A DNA stretch of 32,000 nucleotides, taken from Dickeya solani IPO 2222. GTDB lineage: Bacteria; Pseudomonadota; Gammaproteobacteria; Enterobacterales; Enterobacteriaceae. The notes beneath the pieces were generated by a model that saw only the letters and a list, made by a program, of their open reading frames with translations, made no database searches and was not told the origin of the DNA. The position numbers and the translations under genes are program-made. Where the stretch lies: NCBI RefSeq assembly GCF_001644705.1, contig NZ_CP015137.1, forward strand, positions 420,001 to 452,000. The letters run 5' to 3'. Positions 16,454-24,641 of this stretch are shown in pieces (positions within the stretch are counted from its first letter, which is position 1; the number at the start of each line of letters is the position of its first letter).

Positions 16454-17089
16454 TCAGTGTTGATTATCCTGCCCTTTGGATTGCAGTTCACGATACCAGC
16501 GCGGATGGTGTTTCTTCGCCCACTCGCTGGAAACCCAGCCTTCCACCATCGCGGTAATAGTGCCTTTCACCCACAGGGCGGCGTACACGTGCACCATGAT
16601 GGTCAGGATCAAACCGACGGCAGACACTGAATGCACCACCAACGCCGCCCGGATCACCGGGATGGAGAACGACGGCGCGAAGTACGGCCGCCAAATCACG
16701 ATCCCGCTTGCCAACAACAGCAGCAAACAGGTAATCGCCAGCCAGAACACGCATTTCTGACCGAAGTTATAGCGACCGGTATCGCCGACCTCTTCGTTGC
16801 GGGCGATCTTGTGGATATTTTTCGCCCATTCCAGGTCGCTGCGCTCAATCAGGTTATGTTTCCAGTAACGTAAAAACATCAGCAGAAAAGCGACAAGCAT
16901 CACCACCCCGACAAACGGGTGCAGGATGCGCGCCAGCTGCGGCGTGCCCAGCACATTCATCAGCCAGTTGAGCGACGGGAAGAAAAACCCCAGCCCGCTC
17001 AGTGCGGCGAACACAAAGCAGAACGCCACAATCCAGTGATTAATGCGCTCGGGTGCGCTGTAACGCTGAATCCGATTACTCTTTTTCAT
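16454..17089 (-). CDS. fdoI: Formate dehydrogenase-O gamma subunit (cytochrome b556)
   Basis: ORF 16454..17119, trimmed to Met11 (cat at 17087-17089). [50 protein letters not shown] and the C-terminal [26 protein letters not shown] closely parallel E. coli FdoI. Confidence 0.93.
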   Translation of the reverse strand: MKKSNRIQRYSAPERINHWIVAFCFVFAALSGLGFFFPSLNWLMNVLGTPQLARILHPFVGVVMLVAFLLMFLRYWKHNLIERSDLEWAKNIHKIARNEEVGDTGRYNFGQKCVFWLAITCLLLLLASGIVIWRPYFAPSFSIPVIRAALVVHSVSAVGLILTIMVHVYAALWVKGTITAMVEGWVSSEWAKKHHPRWYRELQSKGQDNQH

Positions 17090-17978
17090 GCTGCTTGCCC
17101 TCGTGATGCGCGTCGTCATCGTCTTCTACCCGGTTCGGACCAACACCCACGTAGTGGAATACGCTGGCGGCGAAGGTGGCGGCAAAACCGATAGCGGCCA
17201 GCGGTTTCCAAATGCCTTTCCAGAAGGTCACCGCCGGGCTGATGCTCGGGTCGGCCGGCAGCCCGTTGTACAGTTGCGGCCTATCGGCGTGGTGCAGCAC
17301 GTACATTACGTGCGTGCCGCCGACACCGGCCGGGTCGTACAGACCGGCATGTTGGTAGCCGCGGCTGTTCAGGTCTTTTACCCGTTCGGCCGCCAGCACT
17401 TTCATCTCGTCCTTGGTGCCGAAGTGAATCGCGCCGGTCGGGCAAGTCTTCACGCAGGACGGCTCCTGCCCGACCTCTACGCGGTCGACGCACAGGGTGC
17501 ACTTGTACACCTTGTTGTCGTCCTTGTTCATGCGCGGCACGTTGAACGGACAACCGGCGATACAGTAGCCGCAGCCGATACAGTGCTCGGACTGGAAATC
17601 GACGATGCCGTTGGCGTACTGGATGATCGCACCTTCCGACGGGCACGCCTTGAGACAGCCCGGATCGGCGCAGTGCATACAGCCGTCCTTGCGGATCAGC
17701 CATTCCAGTTTGCCGTTCTCCTCGAATTCGCTAAAGCGCATCACCGTCCACGATTTGGCGCTGAGATCGGTAGGGTTGTCGTACACACCGACGTTATGCC
17801 CCACATCATCGCGGATGTCGTTCCACTCGGAACAGGCCACCTGACAGGCTTTGCAGCCGATGCAGGTAGTCACGTCGATCAGTTTGGCGACCTGTTCTTT
17901 GTGGTTACGGGCCTGCGGCGGCGGCGTCAGTGAATTGGTCGCGGAGCGACGGATGATATCTTGTGATTGCATTGCCAT
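17076..17978 (-). CDS. fdoH: Formate dehydrogenase-O beta (4x[4Fe-4S]) subunit
   Basis: ORF 17076..17993, trimmed to [15 protein letters not shown] (cat at 17976-17978, GGAGAA Shine-Dalgarno). Near-colinear with E. coli FdoH, including [26 protein letters not shown] and the C-terminal [31 protein letters not shown]. Overlaps the fdoI start by 14 nt. Confidence 0.95.
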   Translation of the reverse strand: MAMQSQDIIRRSATNSLTPPPQARNHKEQVAKLIDVTTCIGCKACQVACSEWNDIRDDVGHNVGVYDNPTDLSAKSWTVMRFSEFEENGKLEWLIRKDGCMHCADPGCLKACPSEGAIIQYANGIVDFQSEHCIGCGYCIAGCPFNVPRMNKDDNKVYKCTLCVDRVEVGQEPSCVKTCPTGAIHFGTKDEMKVLAAERVKDLNSRGYQHAGLYDPAGVGGTHVMYVLHHADRPQLYNGLPADPSISPAVTFWKGIWKPLAAIGFAATFAASVFHYVGVGPNRVEDDDDAHHEGKQHEKE

Positions 17979-17993
17979 AGTGTTTCTCCGCAA

Positions 17994-20900
17994 CTACACC
18001 TTTTCCACATTGACCAGAAACGCCTTGTATTCCGGCGTCTGACTGTTGGCGTCACCGACATGCGGCGTCAGGATATTCGCCATAAAGCCTTTCTGGGTGG
18101 TGCCTTCAAAGCCCCAGTGACAAGGCACGCCGATGGTTTCCACCGGTTTACCCTGGATAGTCAGGGTGCGGATACGCTTGGTGACGACCGCTTTCGCCTT
18201 GATATATCCCCGCTTGCTGCTGACTTTCACCACATCACCGGCCTGAATACCCTTCTGCTTCGCCAGCCCTTCGCCGATTTCGACAAACTGCTCCGGCTGC
18301 ACGATGGCGTTCAGGCGCGCGTGCTTGGTCCAGTGGCGGAACAACTCGGTAATCGAGTAAGTAGTGGCGACGAACGGAAACTCCTCCGCCGTTCCCATGC
18401 GCGAACGGTCTGCTTCCAGAATGCGCGCCACCGGGTTGATCACGGCTTTGCTGTACACCGGGTTGGTTTTCAGCGGCGATTCGGTCGGTTCGTAATGCGC
18501 CGGGAACGGGCCTTCCGCCATTTTGTCGATGGCGAACAGGCGGCCCAGCCCTTCGGCCTGCATGATAAACGGCCCGGCGGCGCTGCCCGGCGGGACGGTA
18601 GCGGCGAAGTCCGGTACATCGATGCCGGTCCACTTCTGACCATTCCAGCTCAACAGCGTGCGTTTCGGATCCCACGGACGGCCTTGCTCGTCTGCGGAGG
18701 CGCGGTTATAGAGAATGCGGCGGTTCTGCGGCCAGCACCAGGCCCAGCCCGGCGTACAACCAAGACCCGACGGATCGGCGTTGTCGCGGCGCGCCATCTG
18801 GTTGCCCGCTTCGGTCCAGGAGCCGGCGTAAATCCAGCAAAAACTGGCGGTGGAACCGTCATCGCGCAGCAGGGAGAAGTCAGGCAGCAGTTGCCCTTTC
18901 TTCAGCAGCAGATTGCCTTTGTCATCGAACAGGTCCGCCAGCGCGCGGCCGTTGGCCTCTTTGGTGATCTCCTCGGCGGACGGATCCTCCGGCTCCAGAT
19001 AATCCCAGCTCATGTTCAGCACCGGCGCCGGGTTGGCGCCGCCGTCTTTGGCGTACAGCTCGCGCAGGCGCAGGAACAGACCGGCGATGATCACGCCGTC
19101 GTGACGCGCCTCACCCGGCGGTTCGGCCCCCTGATAGTGCCATTGCAGCCAGCGGCCGGAGTTGACGATGGAGCCGTTTTCTTCGGCGAAGCAACTGGAC
19201 GGCAGGCGGAACACCTCGGTCTGAATCTGGGTCGGATCGACGTCATTCAGTTCGCCGTGGTTTTGCCAGAAGTTGGAGGTTTCCGTCGCCAGCGGGTCGA
19301 TGATCACCAGGTATTTCAGTTTCGCCAGCGCGTCGCGCGCCTTGTTGGAATCGGCAAACGCGGCTATCGGGTTGAAGCCCTGCACGATGTAGCCGTTGAC
19401 TTTACCGTCCAGCATCATGCGGGAGTAGGCCAGCGCATCGTAGCTCTTGTCCCATTTCGGCAGCCAGTCGTAGCCCCAGTCGTTCTCTTTCTGGGCTTTA
19501 TCGCCCCAGAAGCTTTTCATCATGCTGATAAAAAATTTGGGCGTGTTCTTCCAGTAATTGACCTGATCCGGCAGCAGCGCTTTCGGGGTGATCTGATCCA
19601 GATAGTCTTTCAGCGTGGTCTGTTTTTCCGACGGCAACGGCATGTACCCCGGCAGGTTCAGCGACAGCAGCCCCAGGTCGGTATAGCCCTGAATGTTGGA
19701 ATGGCCGCGCAGCGCATTCACGCCGCCGCCCGCCATGCCGACGTTGCCCAGCAACAGCTGGATCATCGCCGCGGTGCGGATCATCTGGGCGCCGGAGGTG
19801 TGCTGCGTCCAGCCCAGCGCGTACATAATGGTGGCGGTGCGGTCCGGCACGCTGGTGGAGGCTAGCAGGTCACAAATGGTGAGAAAGTCTGGCTTTGGCG
19901 TGCCGCAGACGTTGGTCACCAGATCCGGCGTATAGCGGCTGACGTGCGCCTTAAGCAGATTCCATACACAGCGCGGATGGCTCAGCGTCATATCGCGTTT
20001 GGCAAAACCGTTCTCATCCAGTTCGTACTGCCAGGAGGTACGGTCGTATTTGCGCTCTTTCTCGCTGTAACCGCTGAAAATGCCCTCGTCGAAGCTGAAA
20101 TCGTCACGCACGATCAGGCTGGCGTTGGTGTATGCCTTCACATACGGCATCTGTACCTTGTCGTGGCTCAGCAGATAGTTCACGACGCCGAGCAGAAAGG
20201 TGATATCGGAACCGGCGCGGATCGGCGAGTAGAGATCGGCGACGGCGGCGGAACGGTTAAAACGCGGGTCGACCACGATCAGCTTGGCGCCGTTTTTCAC
20301 CTTGGCTTCCACCGCCCATTTAAAGCCGACCGGGTGCGCTTCCGCCGGGTTGCCGCCCATCACCAGAATGATGTTAGCGTTCTTGATGTCCACCCAGTTG
20401 TTGGTCATAGCGCCGCGGCCGAAAGTCGGCGCCAGCGCCGCCACCGTCGGGGCATGACACAGGCGCGCCTGGGTATCGATGCCAACCATCCCCAGCGCGC
20501 GGGTGAATTTCTGGTCGAGAACCCCGGTTTCATTGCTGGCCGCCGATGAGCACAGCATCCCGGTGGTCAGCCAGCGGTTAACGGTCACCCCGGCGCCGTT
20601 TTTCTCGATGAAATTGGCGTCGCGGTCTTTTTTCATCAGACCGGCGATGCGATCAAACGCCTCTTCCCAGCTGATGCGCTGCCACTTGTCGGAACCCGGC
20701 GCGCGGTATTCCGGGTATTTCAGGCGCTGGTCGCTATGGATGAAATCCACCAGTCCGGCGCCTTTCGGGCACAATGAACCGCGACTGACCGGATGATCCG
20801 AATCCCCTTCGATGTGGTAAATGGACGCGGTGGCGTTTTTGGCGCCGTCGCCGAGACTGTACATCAGAATTCCGCACCCGACTGAACAGTAGGTGCAATT

Positions 20901-21044
20901 ATTCCGGGTTTCTCTGGCGCGCAATAATTTATATTGTCGCGTTTCGGCTAATGCCACGCTGGGAGAAAAGCCCAGCGCGGTGACCGTGGTTCCGGCCATA
21001 CCGCCTGCGCATATTTTAAAGAACTGTCTTCTGCTGACCTGCAT
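17994..21044 (-). CDS. fdoG: Formate dehydrogenase-O alpha (molybdopterin) subunit, cysteine-type with no in-frame UGA
   Basis: ORF 17994..21068, trimmed to MQVSRRQFFKICAGGMAGTTV (Tat signal; cat at 21042-21044, GAGGAA Shine-Dalgarno). Colinear with E. coli FdoG. At the position of E. coli U196 the sequence is QARLCHAPTVAALAPTFGRGAMTNNW, with a TGT codon at 20457-20459. Confidence 0.95.
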   Translation of the reverse strand: MQVSRRQFFKICAGGMAGTTVTALGFSPSVALAETRQYKLLRARETRNNCTYCSVGCGILMYSLGDGAKNATASIYHIEGDSDHPVSRGSLCPKGAGLVDFIHSDQRLKYPEYRAPGSDKWQRISWEEAFDRIAGLMKKDRDANFIEKNGAGVTVNRWLTTGMLCSSAASNETGVLDQKFTRALGMVGIDTQARLCHAPTVAALAPTFGRGAMTNNWVDIKNANIILVMGGNPAEAHPVGFKWAVEAKVKNGAKLIVVDPRFNRSAAVADLYSPIRAGSDITFLLGVVNYLLSHDKVQMPYVKAYTNASLIVRDDFSFDEGIFSGYSEKERKYDRTSWQYELDENGFAKRDMTLSHPRCVWNLLKAHVSRYTPDLVTNVCGTPKPDFLTICDLLASTSVPDRTATIMYALGWTQHTSGAQMIRTAAMIQLLLGNVGMAGGGVNALRGHSNIQGYTDLGLLSLNLPGYMPLPSEKQTTLKDYLDQITPKALLPDQVNYWKNTPKFFISMMKSFWGDKAQKENDWGYDWLPKWDKSYDALAYSRMMLDGKVNGYIVQGFNPIAAFADSNKARDALAKLKYLVIIDPLATETSNFWQNHGELNDVDPTQIQTEVFRLPSSCFAEENGSIVNSGRWLQWHYQGAEPPGEARHDGVIIAGLFLRLRELYAKDGGANPAPVLNMSWDYLEPEDPSAEEITKEANGRALADLFDDKGNLLLKKGQLLPDFSLLRDDGSTASFCWIYAGSWTEAGNQMARRDNADPSGLGCTPGWAWCWPQNRRILYNRASADEQGRPWDPKRTLLSWNGQKWTGIDVPDFAATVPPGSAAGPFIMQAEGLGRLFAIDKMAEGPFPAHYEPTESPLKTNPVYSKAVINPVARILEADRSRMGTAEEFPFVATTYSITELFRHWTKHARLNAIVQPEQFVEIGEGLAKQKGIQAGDVVKVSSKRGYIKAKAVVTKRIRTLTIQGKPVETIGVPCHWGFEGTTQKGFMANILTPHVGDANSQTPEYKAFLVNVEKV

Positions 21045-21075
21045 GGGAGATTCCTCGCACGACATCACTCAGAGC

Positions 21076-21165
21076 TATACCGTCATACTTCACGTTGCAG
21101 GTGCGTGGTTGCCCTTGTTCAACACGCCAGCGTGTTGTCCCGCAACTCGAATTATTTAGGGTATA
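21076..21165. repeat. ERIC/IRU-like repeat, short variant, in the fdoG upstream leader
   Basis: tataccgtcatacttcacgttgcaggtgcg...cgcaactcgaattatttagggtata. Both termini match remembered ERIC ends. It is the reverse-complement homolog of 4031-4169 and lacks that copy's central block. It ends 31 nt upstream of the fdoG ATG. Confidence 0.75.
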
Positions 21166-21778
21166 CATCGTATTTATGCAGCAATGCTTTATTGATATGA
21201 ATGGATACTGGCGGGGAAACACCTAAACCCCTACCAAACATATGTATTATGACCCGGCGAATAAAAAGCGCCAATTAATTATCTCAACAACAACAAATCC
21301 ATCACAATTCACTATGGGCAGGCCGTTTTTTAACGTTATCACCAGCTTAAATGGAATAATTCTCATTACCAAATCGAACTAACCTGCTGTATCGTTGTAT
21401 ATTTTTTTACATAACGATTACAACACAACGACGCACGCCAGTTATTCCAGAATGAAATAATTAAGTTTTTCTTTATAAAAAACACAATCGGACCGTACTT
21501 TATATTACCGGTAGCAATAATAAAAATAAGCCTGACGACAATAATCACCCGATTAAAAACAAATAAGTCTCTTTCAGGTTAAAAATAAATAAAACAGAAA
21601 ATAAAATGACAATAATCCGGTTATTCCTGATGAAGAAAACAAACCGTAGCCAATGGCTGAAAAATAAAAGTGAGATGGTCAGCTTTAATAACCAGATGGA
21701 GTGAACAGGTCGGGAACCGCCGCCCGTACCGCAAACACCGGTCGGGCGGTCAAACCACGAGCATTGCCGGGCACGGCG

Positions 21779-23200
21779 TCAGGAAGCGGACAGCCCTTTT
21801 TTCAGCAACGCAGCCAACGCGATGATGGCGTTTTCCGTTTTTTCCTGCCATTCGAACGAGGTATTGATGCGAAAATAGCGGTCGAATTTATCGCCGGTGG
21901 TGAACATTCTGCCCGGCGCAATACTGATGCCCTGCGCCAGCGCCTGCTGGTACAGTTCAATGCTATTGAACCCTTCCGGCAGACCCAACCACAGAAAATA
22001 GCCGCCTTCGGCATAATAAATATCCACGCCGGCGGGAAAATGCGCCTTCATCGCCTGATACAACCGGTGTTTGCGCTGCTCCAGCGTACGCCGCAAACGC
22101 CGCAAGTGACTGTCATAGCTGCTGGTGGCCAGATAATCCGCCACCGCCAGTTGCATCGGCGCGCTGGCGGAGAGCGTACTCATTAATTGCAGACGCTGAA
22201 TGCCTTGCGCCCAGCGCCCTGCCGCCACCCAGCCGACCCGGAATCCGGCGACCAGATTCTTCGAGAACGACGAACAGTGCAGCACCTGCCCGTCACGATC
22301 AAGCGCTTTGACCGGCAGTGGGCGATGGATGCCGGCGTACAGTTCGCTGTAGACATCATCTTCAATTAGCGCCACCTGATATTCGTGCAACAGCGCGGCC
22401 AGCTGCTGCTTTTTCTCCCACGCCAGCGTACAGCCGAGCGGATTGTGAAAATTGGTCATCAGCCAGCAGGCGCGAATCGGGTAATCGCGCAGCGCCTGAC
22501 GCAACGCCGCCAAATCAATACCAGTGTGCGGATGGGTGGCGATAGCGATGGCTTTCAGTTGCAAACGTTCGATCGCCTGCAACGCGCCGTAAAACGACGG
22601 CGATTCCACCACCACATAATCACCGGGCCGGGTCAGCATCTGCAGGCTCAGATTGAGCGACTCCATCGCGCCGCTGGTGATCACGATCTCGTCCGGCGAC
22701 ACGGCGATGCCCTGCAACGCGTAGCGCTGGGCGATTTGCTTGCGTAGCCGCTCGTTGCCGGGCGGCAGGTTGTCCACCGCGTTTTCCGGCTGCATACGGC
22801 GCGCCACCGTCGCCAGCGAGCGGGTCAACTGGCGCTGGGGAAACAGGCGCGGATCGGGGAAAGCGGAACCGAACGGCACCACGCCGGGCGAGCGGCTGGC
22901 GCGCAGCACATCGAAGATAAACCGGTTAACGTCAACGTTTTCCGTCAGGTGTACCGCGTCGCCGCTGTCGGGCGGCGCAATCGGCCGTTCGATACGCGGC
23001 GCGGCATAGTAGCCGGACTGCGGGCGCGAAATGATCCAGCCCTGGCTTTCCAGCAACTGGTAAGCATGCAGCACCGTCATCAGGCTCAGGCCGGAATGCA
23101 CCGCCTTTTCGCGCAGCGACGGCAACTTTTCCCCCGGTTGCCAGATGCCGGCCTGTAACTGCGCCTGCATCTGATCGGCCAGTTGTTCGAATTTCGCCAG
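21779..23200 (-). CDS. ydcR: MocR/GntR-family regulator with a PLP aminotransferase-like domain (YdcR-like)
   Basis: ORF 21779..23392. From LAKFEQLADQMQAQLQAGIWQPGEKLPSLREKAVHSGLSLMTVLHAYQLLESQGWIISRPQSGYYAAP it is colinear with remembered E. coli YdcR (MKKYQQLAEQLREQIASGIWQPGDRLPSLRDQ...). SSFSKNLVAGFRVGW is the PLP-lysine motif. The start is uncertain: CTG at 23200 (AAGGGG 7 nt upstream), ATG at 23170 or GTG at 23263. Confidence 0.85.
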   Translation of the reverse strand: MAKFEQLADQMQAQLQAGIWQPGEKLPSLREKAVHSGLSLMTVLHAYQLLESQGWIISRPQSGYYAAPRIERPIAPPDSGDAVHLTENVDVNRFIFDVLRASRSPGVVPFGSAFPDPRLFPQRQLTRSLATVARRMQPENAVDNLPPGNERLRKQIAQRYALQGIAVSPDEIVITSGAMESLNLSLQMLTRPGDYVVVESPSFYGALQAIERLQLKAIAIATHPHTGIDLAALRQALRDYPIRACWLMTNFHNPLGCTLAWEKKQQLAALLHEYQVALIEDDVYSELYAGIHRPLPVKALDRDGQVLHCSSFSKNLVAGFRVGWVAAGRWAQGIQRLQLMSTLSASAPMQLAVADYLATSSYDSHLRRLRRTLEQRKHRLYQAMKAHFPAGVDIYYAEGGYFLWLGLPEGFNSIELYQQALAQGISIAPGRMFTTGDKFDRYFRINTSFEWQEKTENAIIALAALLKKGLSAS

Positions 23201-23211
23201 CGGAGAACCCC

Positions 23212-23937
23212 TTAGCGGGACAGCGCCTGCCGGACAAAATCCAGCAGTAGCCGACGCGCCCACACCGGCTCGGCGCTGTCGGCCATTTCCGGCAACGCAC
23301 AATGACGCAGACAGGCGTTCATCACCGCCGCATCCATCTCCGGGTGGAACTGAAATGACCAGGTGTGCGGCGTATAACGGATAATCTGACACCCATCCTG
23401 TTCCGATGCCGCCAGCACCTGTGCGCCGGGCGGCGCCACCACCACCGACTGCAGGTGGCTGAGGTAGGCGCTGAACTGTGCCGGTATCGCCGTCAACAGC
23501 GCGTCGTCCGCGGCATCGTCATGCAGCGTCACGGTCTTCAGCCCCATTTCACGGCCATTCGGGTTATCCGCCACGGTGCCGCCCAGCGCATGCGCCAGCA
23601 ATTGATGGCCGTAACACACCCCCAGCACCGGCAGCCCGGCATCCACACTCTGGCGCAGCCAGTCGGCGGTCCGTTCGCTCCAGTCCAGCCGGTCGGTCAC
23701 CATCGACCAGGAACCGCTGATGATGGCGGCGTCATGCTCGCCGGGATGCGGCAAAGCGTCGCCGGCGTCCGGCCGCACCACATGCAGGCGCACGCCTTCA
23801 TCGGCCAGCGCGCTGCCGAACCAGTCGGCCTGCTGGCCGACGGCGTGGGCGATCGGTTCGGGCGGCTCACCCATCTGCACAATGAGCAGTGAAGGCGGTC
23901 GGGATGAAGCGGGGAAATTCGCGGTTAACGTCGTCAT
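23212..23937 (-). CDS. Class I glutamine amidotransferase-like protein (GuaA N-domain-like)
   Basis: 241-aa ORF. LPVLGVCYGHQLLAHALGG is the GATase1 nucleophile-elbow Cys motif. FQFHPE near the C-terminus fits the His/Glu part of the triad. It stops 11 nt before the proposed ydcR start. Confidence 0.8.
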   Translation of the reverse strand: MTTLTANFPASSRPPSLLIVQMGEPPEPIAHAVGQQADWFGSALADEGVRLHVVRPDAGDALPHPGEHDAAIISGSWSMVTDRLDWSERTADWLRQSVDAGLPVLGVCYGHQLLAHALGGTVADNPNGREMGLKTVTLHDDAADDALLTAIPAQFSAYLSHLQSVVVAPPGAQVLAASEQDGCQIIRYTPHTWSFQFHPEMDAAVMNACLRHCALPEMADSAEPVWARRLLLDFVRQALSR

Positions 23938-24062
23938 AGCGCGTCGCTTGCCTCGGGGACGGTAACAAGATGAGTTTTGAACGTACCACGAGGCGCGCGC
24001 CCTGTCATCGCCTCATGCCGTTGATCTTTATTCATATTGGCAACAGGCGGCGACCCTGTCGA

Positions 24063-24554
24063 TCAACGCGGGGTTGACCGGGCGGATGAACGATATGCCA
24101 GAGAAAAGACGTCGTAAAAGTAGAGGTAACCCTTGGTCTGCAACAGTCTGGCGACGCCGTCTTTAATCGGCCCGGCCACCTGCGGGTTATGGAGAAGCGC
24201 CTCCAGCGTCTGGGGCGACACATGGCGGCTGTTGTACCACTCGCCGTTGTAACATACGCGCAGATCCAGCGCGTCGATATCCTCGAAGCGGTAACGTGGG
24301 TTGATATCCATCGACATCGCCAGCGACATCAGCACCAGAAACAGCGTAAACCCGACCACATAAGGCGCGCCGAAATACGGTGCGTACCACAGAATCAACG
24401 CCACCGGCACATAACTCGCCAGCATGCCGCCGAACAGATAAGGGTGGCTCAGCATGAATTTGCTACTGAAGCGGATACGGTTATCGCGCCGCTCTTCACG
24501 ATTCAGCCGCGCGATCTCTTCATTCAGAATACGTTTGACTTCGTCCACACCCAT
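24063..24554 (-). CDS. ylaC: YlaC-family inner-membrane protein (DUF1449)
   Basis: 163-aa ORF with two central transmembrane helices. [28 protein letters not shown]...[13 protein letters not shown] parallels remembered E. coli YlaC ([28 protein letters not shown]...GELSFYDIFTLA). Confidence 0.75.
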   Translation of the reverse strand: [163 protein letters not shown]

Positions 24555-24641
24555 CCCCCCTTAGAGCATAATTCATGCGAAAAGGTAGCACAGGCACGTA
24601 AATCAGAACAGATACAGTCTGGCGAGAAAAAACCATAACAG

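Noticed and set aside
17994-21044. Searched fdoG for an in-frame TGA and SECIS, which would split the ORF
   Set aside because: The frame is uninterrupted. The active-site codon is TGT (Cys), so no selenocysteine recoding feature is annotated.
21366-21548. 60-aa minus-strand ORF (MIIVVRLIFIIATGNIKYGPIVFF...) in the AT-rich tract
   Set aside because: Its composition simply mirrors AT-rich DNA (Ile/Phe/Asn/Lys). I saw no Shine-Dalgarno and no recognisable motif. It may deserve a ribosome-profiling check but is not supportable as a gene.
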